Source: Prochlorococcus sp. AH-716-J09 (GTDB lineage Bacteria; Cyanobacteriota; Cyanobacteriia; PCC-6307; Cyanobiaceae). From it: a DNA stretch of 44,084 bases. Below the pieces are notes generated by a model that was not told the origin of the DNA, did not search any database, and was given only the letters and a program-made list of their open reading frames with translations. A program made the translations under genes and the position numbers. The stretch is from contig JAOOLS010000001.1 in NCBI GenBank assembly GCA_028408915.1, positions 1 through 44,084 of the forward strand, given 5' to 3'. Below are positions 9,812 to 19,544 of this stretch, piece by piece. How positions within the stretch are numbered: position 1 is the first letter of the stretch; each line of letters opens with the position of its first letter.

Positions 9812-11020
9812 ATGAGAAATAATCTAAGAGATCAAATACCCGCATTAAAAAATAAGTATTATTTCAACTATGGCGGTCAAGGTCCATTACCAAAATCTTC
9901 TCTTGAAGCGATAGTTAAAACTTGGGAAATTATCCAAGATTTAGGACCATTTACCAATGATATGTGGCCTTTTATTTACAAAGAAATATTGGCCACAAAA
10001 AGAATCATTGCGCAAAAATTAGGTGTCAATTCAAAAAATGTAGCTTTTACCGAAAATATCTCTTCAGGAATGATTTTGCCCTTTTGGGGAATAAAAGTTG
10101 AAGAGGGAGAAGAGTTGTTAATTAGTGACTGTGAACATCCTGGAGTAGTGGCTGCAAGTCGAGAATTTTGCAGAAGAAATAAATTAATATTCAAAATTTT
10201 ACCAATCCAAAAAATTAAAAATCTAAACGATAAAAATATAATTTTAGAGATTTTGAAAAATCTAAATAGTAAGACTAAAATCCTTATTATTTCTCATATC
10301 TTATGGAACTTTGGATATAAAATTCCTTTAAAACAAATTTCTATCGAATTAAAAAATAATCGAGAAGATTCTTATTTACTTGTTGATGGGGCTCAAACCT
10401 TTGGGCACATAAATATAGAAAAAGAAGTTTTTTATTCTGATTTATATTCAATAACTTCTCATAAATGGGCATGTGGACCAGAAGGGCTTGGAGCCATTTA
10501 TGTCTCAGATAGATTTATTCATGAAACAGATCCAACAATAATTGGTTGGAAATCACTTAAAAAAGAACAAGGCATTTATGAGCCTTCAGATAATCTTTTT
10601 CATGATGATGCAAGGAAATTTGAAATAGCTACCTCTTGTATTCCTTTACTTGCTGGGCTCAGGAATTCTTTAGATCTTTTGGATAAAGACTGCCATGAAA
10701 AAGAAAAAAACAACAATATAAAAAAATTAAGTAGAAAACTTTGGGATGAATTAAATGAAACAAAGGGTGTTGAATTAGTTTTAGAAAAAAAATATTTAAA
10801 TGGGAGAATTTATTTACGCAAACTTTCTTATAAAAGGATTGTTAGTTTTCATATCGAAAATATTAAAGATAAGGATAAATTAGTAAAGAAACTTGGAGAA
10901 AAGAAAATTTGGATTAGAGTTTTAGAAGATCCAAAATGGTTTAGAGCATGCATACATCAAATGACTACTGAAGCTGAGATTAATTTACTCTCTAGAGAAA
11001 TAAAAAAAATATTGACTTAA
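9812..11020 (+). CDS. Class V PLP enzyme, L-cysteine/cystine lyase (C-DES)-like, with an apparent 11-aa templated insertion
   Basis: YFNYGGQGPL, DCEHPG, LVDGAQ, TSHKWACGPEG. Confidence 0.85.
   Translation: MRNNLRDQIPALKNKYYFNYGGQGPLPKSSLEAIVKTWEIIQDLGPFTNDMWPFIYKEILATKRIIAQKLGVNSKNVAFTENISSGMILPFWGIKVEEGEELLISDCEHPGVVAASREFCRRNKLIFKILPIQKIKNLNDKNIILEILKNLNSKTKILIISHILWNFGYKIPLKQISIELKNNREDSYLLVDGAQTFGHINIEKEVFYSDLYSITSHKWACGPEGLGAIYVSDRFIHETDPTIIGWKSLKKEQGIYEPSDNLFHDDARKFEIATSCIPLLAGLRNSLDLLDKDCHEKEKNNNIKKLSRKLWDELNETKGVELVLEKKYLNGRIYLRKLSYKRIVSFHIENIKDKDKLVKKLGEKKIWIRVLEDPKWFRACIHQMTTEAEINLLSREIKKILT
10797..10837 (+). repeat. 41-bp exact inverted copy of 29740-29780 (pipX 3' end)
   Basis: TAAATGGGAGAATTTATTTACGCAAACTTTCTTATAAAAGG is the reverse complement of 29740-29780. 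Confidence 0.95.
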
Positions 11021-11048
11021 AGATCTCTTGATATGAAAAAAATTTAGT

Positions 11049-11753
11049 TTACCAAGGTATCTCCGAGTTGTCCCATGCAATAAATTTTCCTGTAGATTCT
11101 GGTGATTGATTTTTAATAATATTGATTAAGAATTGGGAGGATTTTTCTTTACTAAATAATTTATGTTCTGGAACAAATTTATGAAAAGGTCTAGATAAAT
11201 CAGTATCTACTGTTCCTGGATGAAGCAATGTGATAGTAGCCTTTGGGAAACGTCTAGCCCATTCAATACTTAATGATTTAAAAAACTGATTTTGAGCAGA
11301 TTTTGCAGCTCTATATGAATACCAACCCCCAGTTTGATTATCTCCAATGCTACCAACTCTTGCACTTATACTTGCAAAATTAAAATCAAAATCTTTTGGT
11401 ATAAATTCTTCAATCGCTTTAGCTAATAAAATAGGAGAAAAGGCATTTATTGAAAAACTTTCCATCATATTTTTTTTATCAAGATGTTGTAATCTTTTTT
11501 CTGGTTGAAGAGAATCGCTATGAAGTCTACCTGTAGCATTAACAACTAGCCTTAATTTTGAAGGGTGATTTGATATTTTATTTTTCAACTGCAAAAGGGA
11601 TTGAGAATCCTCTATATCTAATTCCCAAAAAGGATTAAATTCACTTTTTCTTCCACACAAAACAACATCTAAATCTTTTTCTCTTTCATTCAGATCTTTA
11701 GCTAGTTGTGTTCCAATTCCACCTGCGCCTATAACTAAGGCTAATCCTTTCAT
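11049..11753 (-). CDS. SDR-family oxidoreductase (CsgA/C-factor-like)
   Basis: IGAGGIG, SARVGSIGDN, GGWYSYRAAK, LHPGTVDT. Confidence 0.88.
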   Translation of the reverse strand: MKGLALVIGAGGIGTQLAKDLNEREKDLDVVLCGRKSEFNPFWELDIEDSQSLLQLKNKISNHPSKLRLVVNATGRLHSDSLQPEKRLQHLDKKNMMESFSINAFSPILLAKAIEEFIPKDFDFNFASISARVGSIGDNQTGGWYSYRAAKSAQNQFFKSLSIEWARRFPKATITLLHPGTVDTDLSRPFHKFVPEHKLFSKEKSSQFLINIIKNQSPESTGKFIAWDNSEIPW

Positions 11754-11834
11754 TTTATTAAAAATAACTCCATTGATTTTAAGAAACTTTTCTTGTGATT
11801 TGCGTAAAGATCTTTCTTATATGATTAGGAAATT

Positions 11835-13370
11835 TTATTGAGATTTGTTTTTTTCTTTTAATAATTTATAAGCTATTTTTCTATCATCAAAATTAATAAC
11901 TTTATCATTGAGAATTTGGTAGTCTTCATGTCCTTTTCCTGCAATTAAGACAATATCTTTTTTATTGGCAAATTTAATAGATTCATTTATTGCTTTAAAT
12001 CTATCAATTTCAATTATTATTTTTTCTCTTTTTTTTATACCCATCAAAATATCATTTACTATCTTTTCGGGTTCTTCTGATCTTGGATTATCTGAAGTTA
12101 TAAAAAGTTGATCAGACAACTCTTCAGCTATTGATCCCATTAAAGACCTTTTACTACGATCACGATCTCCGCCACAGCCAAAAACAGTTATTAGTTTCCC
12201 TTCACAAAGTTTTTTAATTGATTTCAAAACTTTTTTTAATCCATCAGGAGTATGCGCATAATCAACAATTACTGTTGGAAGCGATCTTGAAACTTCATCA
12301 TTATCAATTTGTATTTTCTCCATTCTCCCAGGAGCACCAGGGAAAGATTGTATTAACTTTGATAGATCTTTTAAAGAAAAATTAAGTTTATACAAAATTG
12401 TTATTGCTTGAATCGCATTCATTAAATTAAATTCACCGACAAGTGGAACAAAAAGTTGAATTTTTTCCCTAGGTGTATGAAAAATACAGGTGGAACCACT
12501 TTCAGTAAATTTTTTATCTGTTACGAAAAAAAAATCATCATTTTCAAATTCACTTTCAGTAATCTTTGTAGAGACTAGTAAAGATCTTTTTTCAAGATCA
12601 GATGATAATTTAGATATCCAATGGTCATCATAATTTAATACACAAATCCCATCTTTTTCTTTTAAGTAAGGTGGGAAAAATAATTTTCTTTTTGTCTGAA
12701 AATATGATTCCATATCTGAGTGATAATCAAGATGATCTTGAGTTAAATTAGTAAAAATAGCCGCCTCAAATTCGCATCCTGATATCCTGTTTTGAGCAAT
12801 AGAATGAGAACTTACCTCTAATATCGCGAATTCAGATTCTGCCTCAACAGCAGCATTTAATTTATTTTGAAGTTTATCAGCGAATTCAGTTGTATGAGAA
12901 GCTACTTCAGAGAAACCTGGCCATCTATTGAATAAGGTCCCAAACAATGCAGTTTTTTTTCCTAATTTTTTTAAAAGATATTCCAATAAAAAAGTAATCG
13001 TCGTTTTTCCATTTGTGCCCGTAACACCAATAAGTTTAAGTTTTCTTGAAGGCCTATTCCAAAACTCAGCAACTATTTGACCAAAAATATAATCTAAATT
13101 ATCCTCTATAACCAAAATCCTTTTTCGATCAATAGATCCAATTTCCTGTTTTGCAGCAAGCCCAATAATGGCAGCCTCTGCGCCATTTTCAATTGCCTCA
13201 ATACAAAATTTTCCTCCATCAACATTTAAACCAGGCATTCCTAAAAATAAAGTTCCTTTTTGTACTTCTTTAGAGTTAAAAGAAATATTATTGATTTCTT
13301 TATCGATAAGATTTGGTGAAGGAATAATTCCTACCAAATCTAAAAGTTTATGTAATTTTATAGATCTCAT
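11835..13370 (-). CDS. murE: UDP-MurNAc-Ala-Glu--meso-DAP ligase
   Basis: GVTGTNGKTT, EVSSH, TNLTQDHLDYH, DYAHTPD, DNPRSE, AGKGHEDYQ. Confidence 0.96.
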   Translation of the reverse strand: MRSIKLHKLLDLVGIIPSPNLIDKEINNISFNSKEVQKGTLFLGMPGLNVDGGKFCIEAIENGAEAAIIGLAAKQEIGSIDRKRILVIEDNLDYIFGQIVAEFWNRPSRKLKLIGVTGTNGKTTITFLLEYLLKKLGKKTALFGTLFNRWPGFSEVASHTTEFADKLQNKLNAAVEAESEFAILEVSSHSIAQNRISGCEFEAAIFTNLTQDHLDYHSDMESYFQTKRKLFFPPYLKEKDGICVLNYDDHWISKLSSDLEKRSLLVSTKITESEFENDDFFFVTDKKFTESGSTCIFHTPREKIQLFVPLVGEFNLMNAIQAITILYKLNFSLKDLSKLIQSFPGAPGRMEKIQIDNDEVSRSLPTVIVDYAHTPDGLKKVLKSIKKLCEGKLITVFGCGGDRDRSKRSLMGSIAEELSDQLFITSDNPRSEEPEKIVNDILMGIKKREKIIIEIDRFKAINESIKFANKKDIVLIAGKGHEDYQILNDKVINFDDRKIAYKLLKEKNKSQ

Positions 13371-13380
13371 GTAAAAAAAA

Positions 13381-13683
13381 TTATTTCTCCAGAATGGTAC
13401 TAATATTTTTTTGAAACCAATTCTTTAATTGATCATCTTTTAATCTTGGAGAAATGCGAGGCAATTCTATGATCTCCTCAGACCTAATTCTTTCAACAGC
13501 AATAACAGGTACTTCATAATCATATTTTTTATATTTATCTTTATATAAATCGACCCTATCAATATCAATTTCTTTAAGCTCCTCTAGATTAGGGAATAAC
13601 TCATTAAGATTTATTTTTGCCAGTTTGTTTTTTAATGAATCACAAAGGCAACATCCCTGCCTAACAAAAATAAATATTTTCAT
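13381..13683 (-). CDS. Glutaredoxin-like protein (DUF836)
   Basis: RQGCCLC active-site-like motif, YDYEVPV, ELPRISPR. Confidence 0.8.
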   Translation of the reverse strand: MKIFIFVRQGCCLCDSLKNKLAKINLNELFPNLEELKEIDIDRVDLYKDKYKKYDYEVPVIAVERIRSEEIIELPRISPRLKDDQLKNWFQKNISTILEK

Positions 13684-13687
13684 TCAT

Positions 13688-13924
13688 TTAGTCAGGCACT
13701 GGGTCACACCCACAGGGAGTTAAAGGATGACATCTGCTTAATCTTTTTAAAGTTAACCACCCTCCCTTCCAAGGACCATGTCTAGTAATTGCCTCATATC
13801 CATAAGAGCTGCAACTTGGAATAAATCTGCATCTTGGTCCAAAAAAAGGAGAAAACCACTTTTGATAAAAAGAAATCATAAAAAGAAGTATAGAAGTAAT
13901 TGATTTATTAATAGTTTTGAACAC
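13688..13924 (-). CDS. yidD: Membrane protein insertion efficiency factor
   Basis: [10 protein letters not shown]...[15 protein letters not shown]...GCDPVP. Confidence 0.93.
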   Translation of the reverse strand: MFKTINKSITSILLFMISFYQKWFSPFFGPRCRFIPSCSSYGYEAITRHGPWKGGWLTLKRLSRCHPLTPCGCDPVPD

Positions 13925-14019
13925 TTTGATGATGTAAAATAATATTTCCGGTAGTAATTAGTTTAATTGAATTTAATCAATTATCCAATTTATTGCAATT
14001 TTCTAATTAATTTAAAATT

Positions 14020-14628
14020 ATGTCAAGATACCGCGGCCCCAGATTAAGGGTTACGCGTCGCTTGGGAGAACTACCAGGTCTCACCAGGAAAGCTTCAAAG
14101 AAGTCTAATCCTCCAGGTCAGCACGGCCAAGCCCGTCGCAAGCGATCAGAATATGCGATTCGTCTAGAAGAAAAGCAGAAACTTAGGTTTAATTATGGAG
14201 TTTCTGAAAAACAACTAGTACGTTATGTGAAAAAAGCTAGAGCTCAAGAAGGATCTACAGGTACTAACCTACTAAGACTTTTAGAAAACAGACTTGATAA
14301 TGTTTGTTTTAGATTGGGTTTTGGAGGTACCATTCCAGGCTCAAGACAATTAGTAAATCATGGCCATGTAACCGTTAATGGAAAGGTTCTTGATATTGCT
14401 GGTTATCAATGCAAATCAGGCGATTTAATCGGAATTAAAGAAAACAAAGCAAGCAAAAAACTTGTAGAAGGTAATATAGAATTCCCTGGCTTAGCAAATG
14501 TCCCACCTCATCTTGATTTAGACAAGCCTAAATTAACGGGGAAAATAAATGGTAAATGCGATAGAGAGTGGGTGGCTCTTGAAATAAACGAACTACTAGT
14601 TGTTGAATATTATTCAAGAAAAGTTTAA
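14020..14628 (+). CDS. rpsD: 30S ribosomal protein S4
   Basis: [45 protein letters not shown]. Confidence 0.98.
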   Translation: MSRYRGPRLRVTRRLGELPGLTRKASKKSNPPGQHGQARRKRSEYAIRLEEKQKLRFNYGVSEKQLVRYVKKARAQEGSTGTNLLRLLENRLDNVCFRLGFGGTIPGSRQLVNHGHVTVNGKVLDIAGYQCKSGDLIGIKENKASKKLVEGNIEFPGLANVPPHLDLDKPKLTGKINGKCDREWVALEINELLVVEYYSRKV

Positions 14629-14647
14629 TACTACTTTCTTTGGATTA

Positions 14648-14680
14648 TTAAATCTCTCATTTTTTAAAAGAGAGATTTAA
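14648..14680 (+). terminator. Stem-loop after rpsD, possible terminator
   Basis: TTAAATCTCTC...GAGAGATTTAA inverted repeat. Confidence 0.5.
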
Positions 14681-14703
14681 TTTAATTCTTATTTTTAAAA
14701 ATA

Positions 14704-15867
14704 ATGGGAAATAAGGAAAATAATATAAAAAAGCCAGGTTTTAAGACCTTATCTATTCACCATGGGGAAACATTTGCTGAAGAAACCGGATGCGTTATGC
14801 CTCCAATTTTTTCTACATCTACTTTCAAACATGGAAATAAAGATAATTTCGACTACACCAGATCAGGCAATCCAAACTTTAGAATTCTAGAAAACATCCT
14901 TAAATCAATTGAAGATTCTAAATACTGTACAGTTTTTGGATCTGGAATTAGCGCGGTAACTGCAATTTCATCAACACTGAAATCAGGTGACAAGATACTC
15001 TGCGAGTCAAATCTCTATGGTTGCACAGTGAGGATGTTCGAAAAAGTTTTCAAGAAATTTGGACTAGAAGTTTTATACACAGATTTTACAAACGAAAATA
15101 ATGTCAAAAAGATTTTAAACTTCGAGCCAAACTTGATATGGCTAGAAAGTCCAACTAACCCACTTTTGAAAGTACTCGATATTAAGGCGATTTGTGATGA
15201 AGCGAAGAAACTCGAAATACCAGTAGTTGTAGACAACACATTTTCTACAGCGCTTATTCAAAAACCATTGGACCTTGGTGCAACACTATCGGTTGTAAGC
15301 ACCACAAAATTCATTAATGGACATAGTGACGCACTTGGCGGAGCAGTACTTACAAATAATGAGGAATGGAATAATAAGATGCTTTTCTCTCAAAAAGCTC
15401 TCGGGCTTCAACCATCTCCTTTTGATAGTTGGCTCATTACGAGAGGAGTAAAAACTCTTCCTTTAAGAATCGAACAACAAACTAAAAGTGCAGAATTTAT
15501 TTCTGAAGAATTAGGTAATCACAAAATTATTAGTAAAGTAATTTACCCTTTTAATCAAGAACATCCGCAATTTAATTTAGCAAAATCGCAAATGAAATCT
15601 GGAGGTTCAATGATCACCCTAAAATTAAATTTAAATAAAGAGGATACTTTTAAGTTTTGCAAATCTCTCAAATATTTCTCTCTAGCAGAAAGCCTTGGAG
15701 GAGTTGAAAGTTTAATTTGTCACCCTGCAACGATGACTCATGCTTCTGTTGATGACAAAACAAAAAATCTACTAGGGATAGATGATGCTCTTGTCAGATT
15801 ATCAATTGGATGTGAAGATACAAACGATTTAATCTCGGACATTTTATTTGCTTTAAATAAATTCTGA
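14704..15867 (+). CDS. Cys/Met metabolism PLP enzyme (cystathionine gamma-synthase/beta- or gamma-lyase, bacterial type)
   Basis: YTRSGNP, ESPTNP, VDNTF, STTKFINGHSD, AESLGGVESL, RLSIG. Confidence 0.88.
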   Translation: MGNKENNIKKPGFKTLSIHHGETFAEETGCVMPPIFSTSTFKHGNKDNFDYTRSGNPNFRILENILKSIEDSKYCTVFGSGISAVTAISSTLKSGDKILCESNLYGCTVRMFEKVFKKFGLEVLYTDFTNENNVKKILNFEPNLIWLESPTNPLLKVLDIKAICDEAKKLEIPVVVDNTFSTALIQKPLDLGATLSVVSTTKFINGHSDALGGAVLTNNEEWNNKMLFSQKALGLQPSPFDSWLITRGVKTLPLRIEQQTKSAEFISEELGNHKIISKVIYPFNQEHPQFNLAKSQMKSGGSMITLKLNLNKEDTFKFCKSLKYFSLAESLGGVESLICHPATMTHASVDDKTKNLLGIDDALVRLSIGCEDTNDLISDILFALNKF

Positions 15868-15870
15868 AAA

Positions 15871-17340
15871 TTGAGAGATTTACTTAAAAAACCTATATGG
15901 AAAAATTTAGAGTTGGGATATGCAATTCCTGATAGTATTCATGCTGTTTCTGTAGCATTACCAACTTGGAATGATGTAATAAATTATGAGGAAAAAGATC
16001 AAGAATGCATGAATTTATTGAAGTCCATTTACCCACGATTCGGGCTAAACCCCATAGTGAAAAGATTATGTGAAAAAGTAAAAAAACAAAATTACTACAA
16101 CAATAAAAGTATCTGGCCATATCCGAATGAAAGAATAGCTTTTAAAGCTAAAAAATATATTGATAGAAATACTTCTGAACATTTCTCGTTAATAGAAAAA
16201 AGAAATAATTTAGCTTTCTTAATAACTGAAAAAGAAGGAAGTATTTATGCAAAATATTTTTGGCAACATACTGGTCTTGGTCTATCTTCAAGAGCTGCCG
16301 CTATAGAACTAGGTCTTGAAGATTGCCCTCCAAAATCTTACGTAAATGAATGTTCTCAAAGAATAAAAAATAGAATTTCTAAATCTACAAAAATTGACTC
16401 TAATGATATTTACTTAACTTCATCTGGAATGTCTGCATTGCATACATCATTAGAAATCATATATAAATTATTTCCAGCTAAACCAACACTCCAAGTTGGT
16501 TTTCCATATGTAGATGTACTTAAATTACCAATGAAAATCTTTCACGGAGCAAAGTTAATTACAGAAGAAAATTGCGCGGATATTGAATTAGAAATCAAAA
16601 GAATAAATCCATCAGCATTAATTATTGAACTTCCAAGTAATCCAATGCTCAGATGTGTAAACATTAAAAAAATTTCAAAAATTGCAAAAAAGCTAAATAT
16701 TCCGTTAATTGTTGACGATACAATTGGTTCTAATTTAAATATAAATTCCATAGAACATGCAGATATAGTTTTTACTTCACTTACAAAAATTTTTTCAGGT
16801 AGTGGTGATATTCTTGCCGGATCATTAATACTAAATCCAAAAAGCAAATGGATTGATCAGTTTAGAAATGCATTAAACGAGATTAATATTCCAATACTTT
16901 CCGATGGAGATATAGTTTATCTAGAGAAAGTTAGTAGAGATGTAAATCAAAGAGTTTTTGAACAAAATAAAGCATGTTTAAAATTAAAAAAAAGATTAGA
17001 GACTCATAGCGAGATTAAAAATATTTTCCATCCTGAAAATTGTCCAAATTTTAATTCTTTACTTACTTCTAATGGGGGATACGGCTGCTTATTATCGTTT
17101 GAATTAAATGGAGGATTGAACAAAGCTAAAAAATTTTATGATTCTCTAAAAGTATCTAAAGGACCTAGTTTAGGTACAAAATTTACTCTAGTTTGTCCTT
17201 ATGTTTTACTAGCTCATTATGACGAGTTGGATTGGGCTGAAAGTTTTGGTATACCCTCGCACCTTATTAGAGTATCAGTTGGATTAGAAGACCAAGATCA
17301 ATTATGGAAAACATTTTCTGAAGCACTAAATAATTTCTAA
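15871..17340 (+). CDS. Long Cys/Met metabolism PLP enzyme, cystathionine gamma-synthase (fungal Str2-like architecture)
   Basis: HAVSVALPTW..YEE..YPRF N-terminal extension, ELPSNP, VDDTIG, SLTKIFSG, KGPSLGT, RVSVGLE. Confidence 0.78.
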   Translation: MRDLLKKPIWKNLELGYAIPDSIHAVSVALPTWNDVINYEEKDQECMNLLKSIYPRFGLNPIVKRLCEKVKKQNYYNNKSIWPYPNERIAFKAKKYIDRNTSEHFSLIEKRNNLAFLITEKEGSIYAKYFWQHTGLGLSSRAAAIELGLEDCPPKSYVNECSQRIKNRISKSTKIDSNDIYLTSSGMSALHTSLEIIYKLFPAKPTLQVGFPYVDVLKLPMKIFHGAKLITEENCADIELEIKRINPSALIIELPSNPMLRCVNIKKISKIAKKLNIPLIVDDTIGSNLNINSIEHADIVFTSLTKIFSGSGDILAGSLILNPKSKWIDQFRNALNEINIPILSDGDIVYLEKVSRDVNQRVFEQNKACLKLKKRLETHSEIKNIFHPENCPNFNSLLTSNGGYGCLLSFELNGGLNKAKKFYDSLKVSKGPSLGTKFTLVCPYVLLAHYDELDWAESFGIPSHLIRVSVGLEDQDQLWKTFSEALNNF

Positions 17341-17424
17341 ATTCCTAGTATTTACCGTATAGAGACTTATATACTCTTTTTCGGAATAATAGTTAGTATT
17401 AATATATATTTTCTCAATATATAA

Positions 17425-18411
17425 ATGGCAAAAATTTATGAGGACAACAGTTTTGCTATTGGAAACACTCCATTAGTAAAATTAAAATCAGTTACTAAAA
17501 ACGCGAAAGCTACAGTACTTGCAAAAATTGAAGGTAGAAACCCCGCTTATAGTGTCAAATGCAGGATCGGCGCAAACATGATCTGGGATGCCGAGAAAAG
17601 TGGGAAACTTACAAAAGACAAAACTATTGTTGAGCCAACTTCTGGAAATACAGGAATTGCTCTAGCTTTTACTGCTTCAGCAAGAGGTTATAAACTGATC
17701 CTTACAATGCCAGAATCCATGTCAATTGAAAGAAGAAGGGTTATGGCTGTGTTGGGTGCTGAAATTGTTTTAACAGAGGCATCTAAAGGTATGCCTGGAG
17801 CAATAGCTAAGGCTAAAGAAATTGCAGAAAGTAATCCTTCTCAATATTTCATGCCAGGTCAATTTGATAATCCAGCAAACCCTGAAATTCATTTCAAAAC
17901 TACTGGACCAGAAATCTGGGATGATTGCGATGGTGAAATTGATGTCCTAGTTGCAGGGGTTGGAACTGGCGGCACAATTACAGGAGTTTCAAGATACATT
18001 AAGCAAGAGAAGGGCAAGAATATTACTTCTGTAGCTGTAGAACCATCACACAGTCCTGTTATTACACAGACAATGAATGGAGAAGAGGTTAAATCCGGAC
18101 CACATAAAATCCAAGGAATTGGAGCAGGATTTATTCCTAAGAACCTTGACTTATCAATTGTTGATAAGGTCGAACAAGTAACAAATGACGAATCAATTGA
18201 GATGGCTCTTAGGTTAGCTAAAGAGGAAGGTCTATTAGTAGGAATATCTTGTGGGGCTGCCGCTGCTGCTGCTGTTAGATTAGCTGAACAAGATGAATAT
18301 GCTGGGAAGACAATTGTAGTTGTTCTACCTGATTTAGCAGAGAGGTATTTATCATCAATTATGTTTACTGAAGTTCCAAGCGGAATCATTCAAGAACCAG
18401 TCAAAGCTTAA
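17425..18411 (+). CDS. cysK: Cysteine synthase A (O-acetylserine sulfhydrylase)
   Basis: [34 protein letters not shown]. Confidence 0.96.
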   Translation: MAKIYEDNSFAIGNTPLVKLKSVTKNAKATVLAKIEGRNPAYSVKCRIGANMIWDAEKSGKLTKDKTIVEPTSGNTGIALAFTASARGYKLILTMPESMSIERRRVMAVLGAEIVLTEASKGMPGAIAKAKEIAESNPSQYFMPGQFDNPANPEIHFKTTGPEIWDDCDGEIDVLVAGVGTGGTITGVSRYIKQEKGKNITSVAVEPSHSPVITQTMNGEEVKSGPHKIQGIGAGFIPKNLDLSIVDKVEQVTNDESIEMALRLAKEEGLLVGISCGAAAAAAVRLAEQDEYAGKTIVVVLPDLAERYLSSIMFTEVPSGIIQEPVKA

Positions 18412-18413
18412 AT

Positions 18414-19538
18414 CTATTTTTTCTCCAGTAGTGAATCTGGTGAAATATACATAGCATCGCCATAAGAGAAGAATCTAAATTTTTCTTTTATGGCTTTCTT
18501 ATACAATTCTAATAATCTTTCTCTACCAATCATTGCACTTACTAAAAGTAATAATGAACTTTTAGGGAGATGAAAATTAGTTAATAATCCATCAACTACC
18601 CTAAATTTATAACCTGGCTTAATTACTAAATCTACGTATTTAGCTATGGGAATAAAGTCATTAATTTCATGAGAATAACAACTTTCAAGAGCTCTTACGC
18701 TAGTTGTACCAATAGCAATTATTTTTCTATCTGTTTTCTTTATTCTTTTTATTTCCTCTACTGCTTCCTTATTAACACTTACCCATTCTTTGTGAAGTTT
18801 TAAGTTACTTAAATCTTCTTGATCAATTGGTTTGAATGTTCCATAACCCACGTGCAAAGTTATCGGTAAGATAATTACGCCTTTTTTTTTTAGATTGGAA
18901 ATAAGACTTTTGCTTAAGTGTAAACCAGCTGTTGGTGCAGCAACTGCCCCCGGATTTGTTGCATACTCAGTTTGATAACTTTTCTCATGAAAAGATTCTT
19001 CTTCAGAATTTTTTATATAGGGAGGAAGAGGGATTTCCCCGTATTTATCAAGAAGTTCATTCATTGAATTGAGACAAGTTATATTTTCCGGAAATTTGAT
19101 AAATCTCCCTCCAGTTTCTTCATCAACTCCATCTACAATCAAATTAATATCTTGTGCTAATGGAGATTTTAATTTTAATTTTCTATTTATTTTTAACTTT
19201 TTTGCTGGCTTTGCCAAACATAACCAAACACATTCATGGGATCTTTCTAAAACTAATAATTCGACTAATGTCTTATTTTCTAATTCAACCTTTAACCTAG
19301 CTTTCATAACTTTAGTATTATTTACAATTACAAGATCCCCTTCTCTAAATTCATCTAAAAGATTCTTGGTAAATTTATTAGTTAAACAGTCTTCTTCTAA
19401 AAAACTATTTCTAACTATCATCAATCTTGATTCATGCCTAATTGCAGAAGGTTTACTAGCAATTAATGAAGGATCAAGTAAATAATCATAAGCTTCAAGC
19501 TTATAATCTCTTTCTTCATTATTAATTTGAGAAATCAA
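18414..19538 (-). CDS. queA: S-adenosylmethionine:tRNA ribosyltransferase-isomerase
   Basis: PLPPYI, GAVAAPTAGLH, TLHVGYGTF, TNFHLPKS, FFSYGDAM. Confidence 0.96.
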   Translation of the reverse strand: MISQINNEERDYKLEAYDYLLDPSLIASKPSAIRHESRLMIVRNSFLEEDCLTNKFTKNLLDEFREGDLVIVNNTKVMKARLKVELENKTLVELLVLERSHECVWLCLAKPAKKLKINRKLKLKSPLAQDINLIVDGVDEETGGRFIKFPENITCLNSMNELLDKYGEIPLPPYIKNSEEESFHEKSYQTEYATNPGAVAAPTAGLHLSKSLISNLKKKGVIILPITLHVGYGTFKPIDQEDLSNLKLHKEWVSVNKEAVEEIKRIKKTDRKIIAIGTTSVRALESCYSHEINDFIPIAKYVDLVIKPGYKFRVVDGLLTNFHLPKSSLLLLVSAMIGRERLLELYKKAIKEKFRFFSYGDAMYISPDSLLEKK

Positions 19539-19544
19539 TTAAAT

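Noticed and set aside
11799-11808. TTTGCGTAAA match to the reverse complement of the lyase insertion
   Set aside because: Only about 10 bp in AT-rich DNA; the 41-bp exact match at pipX explains the insertion
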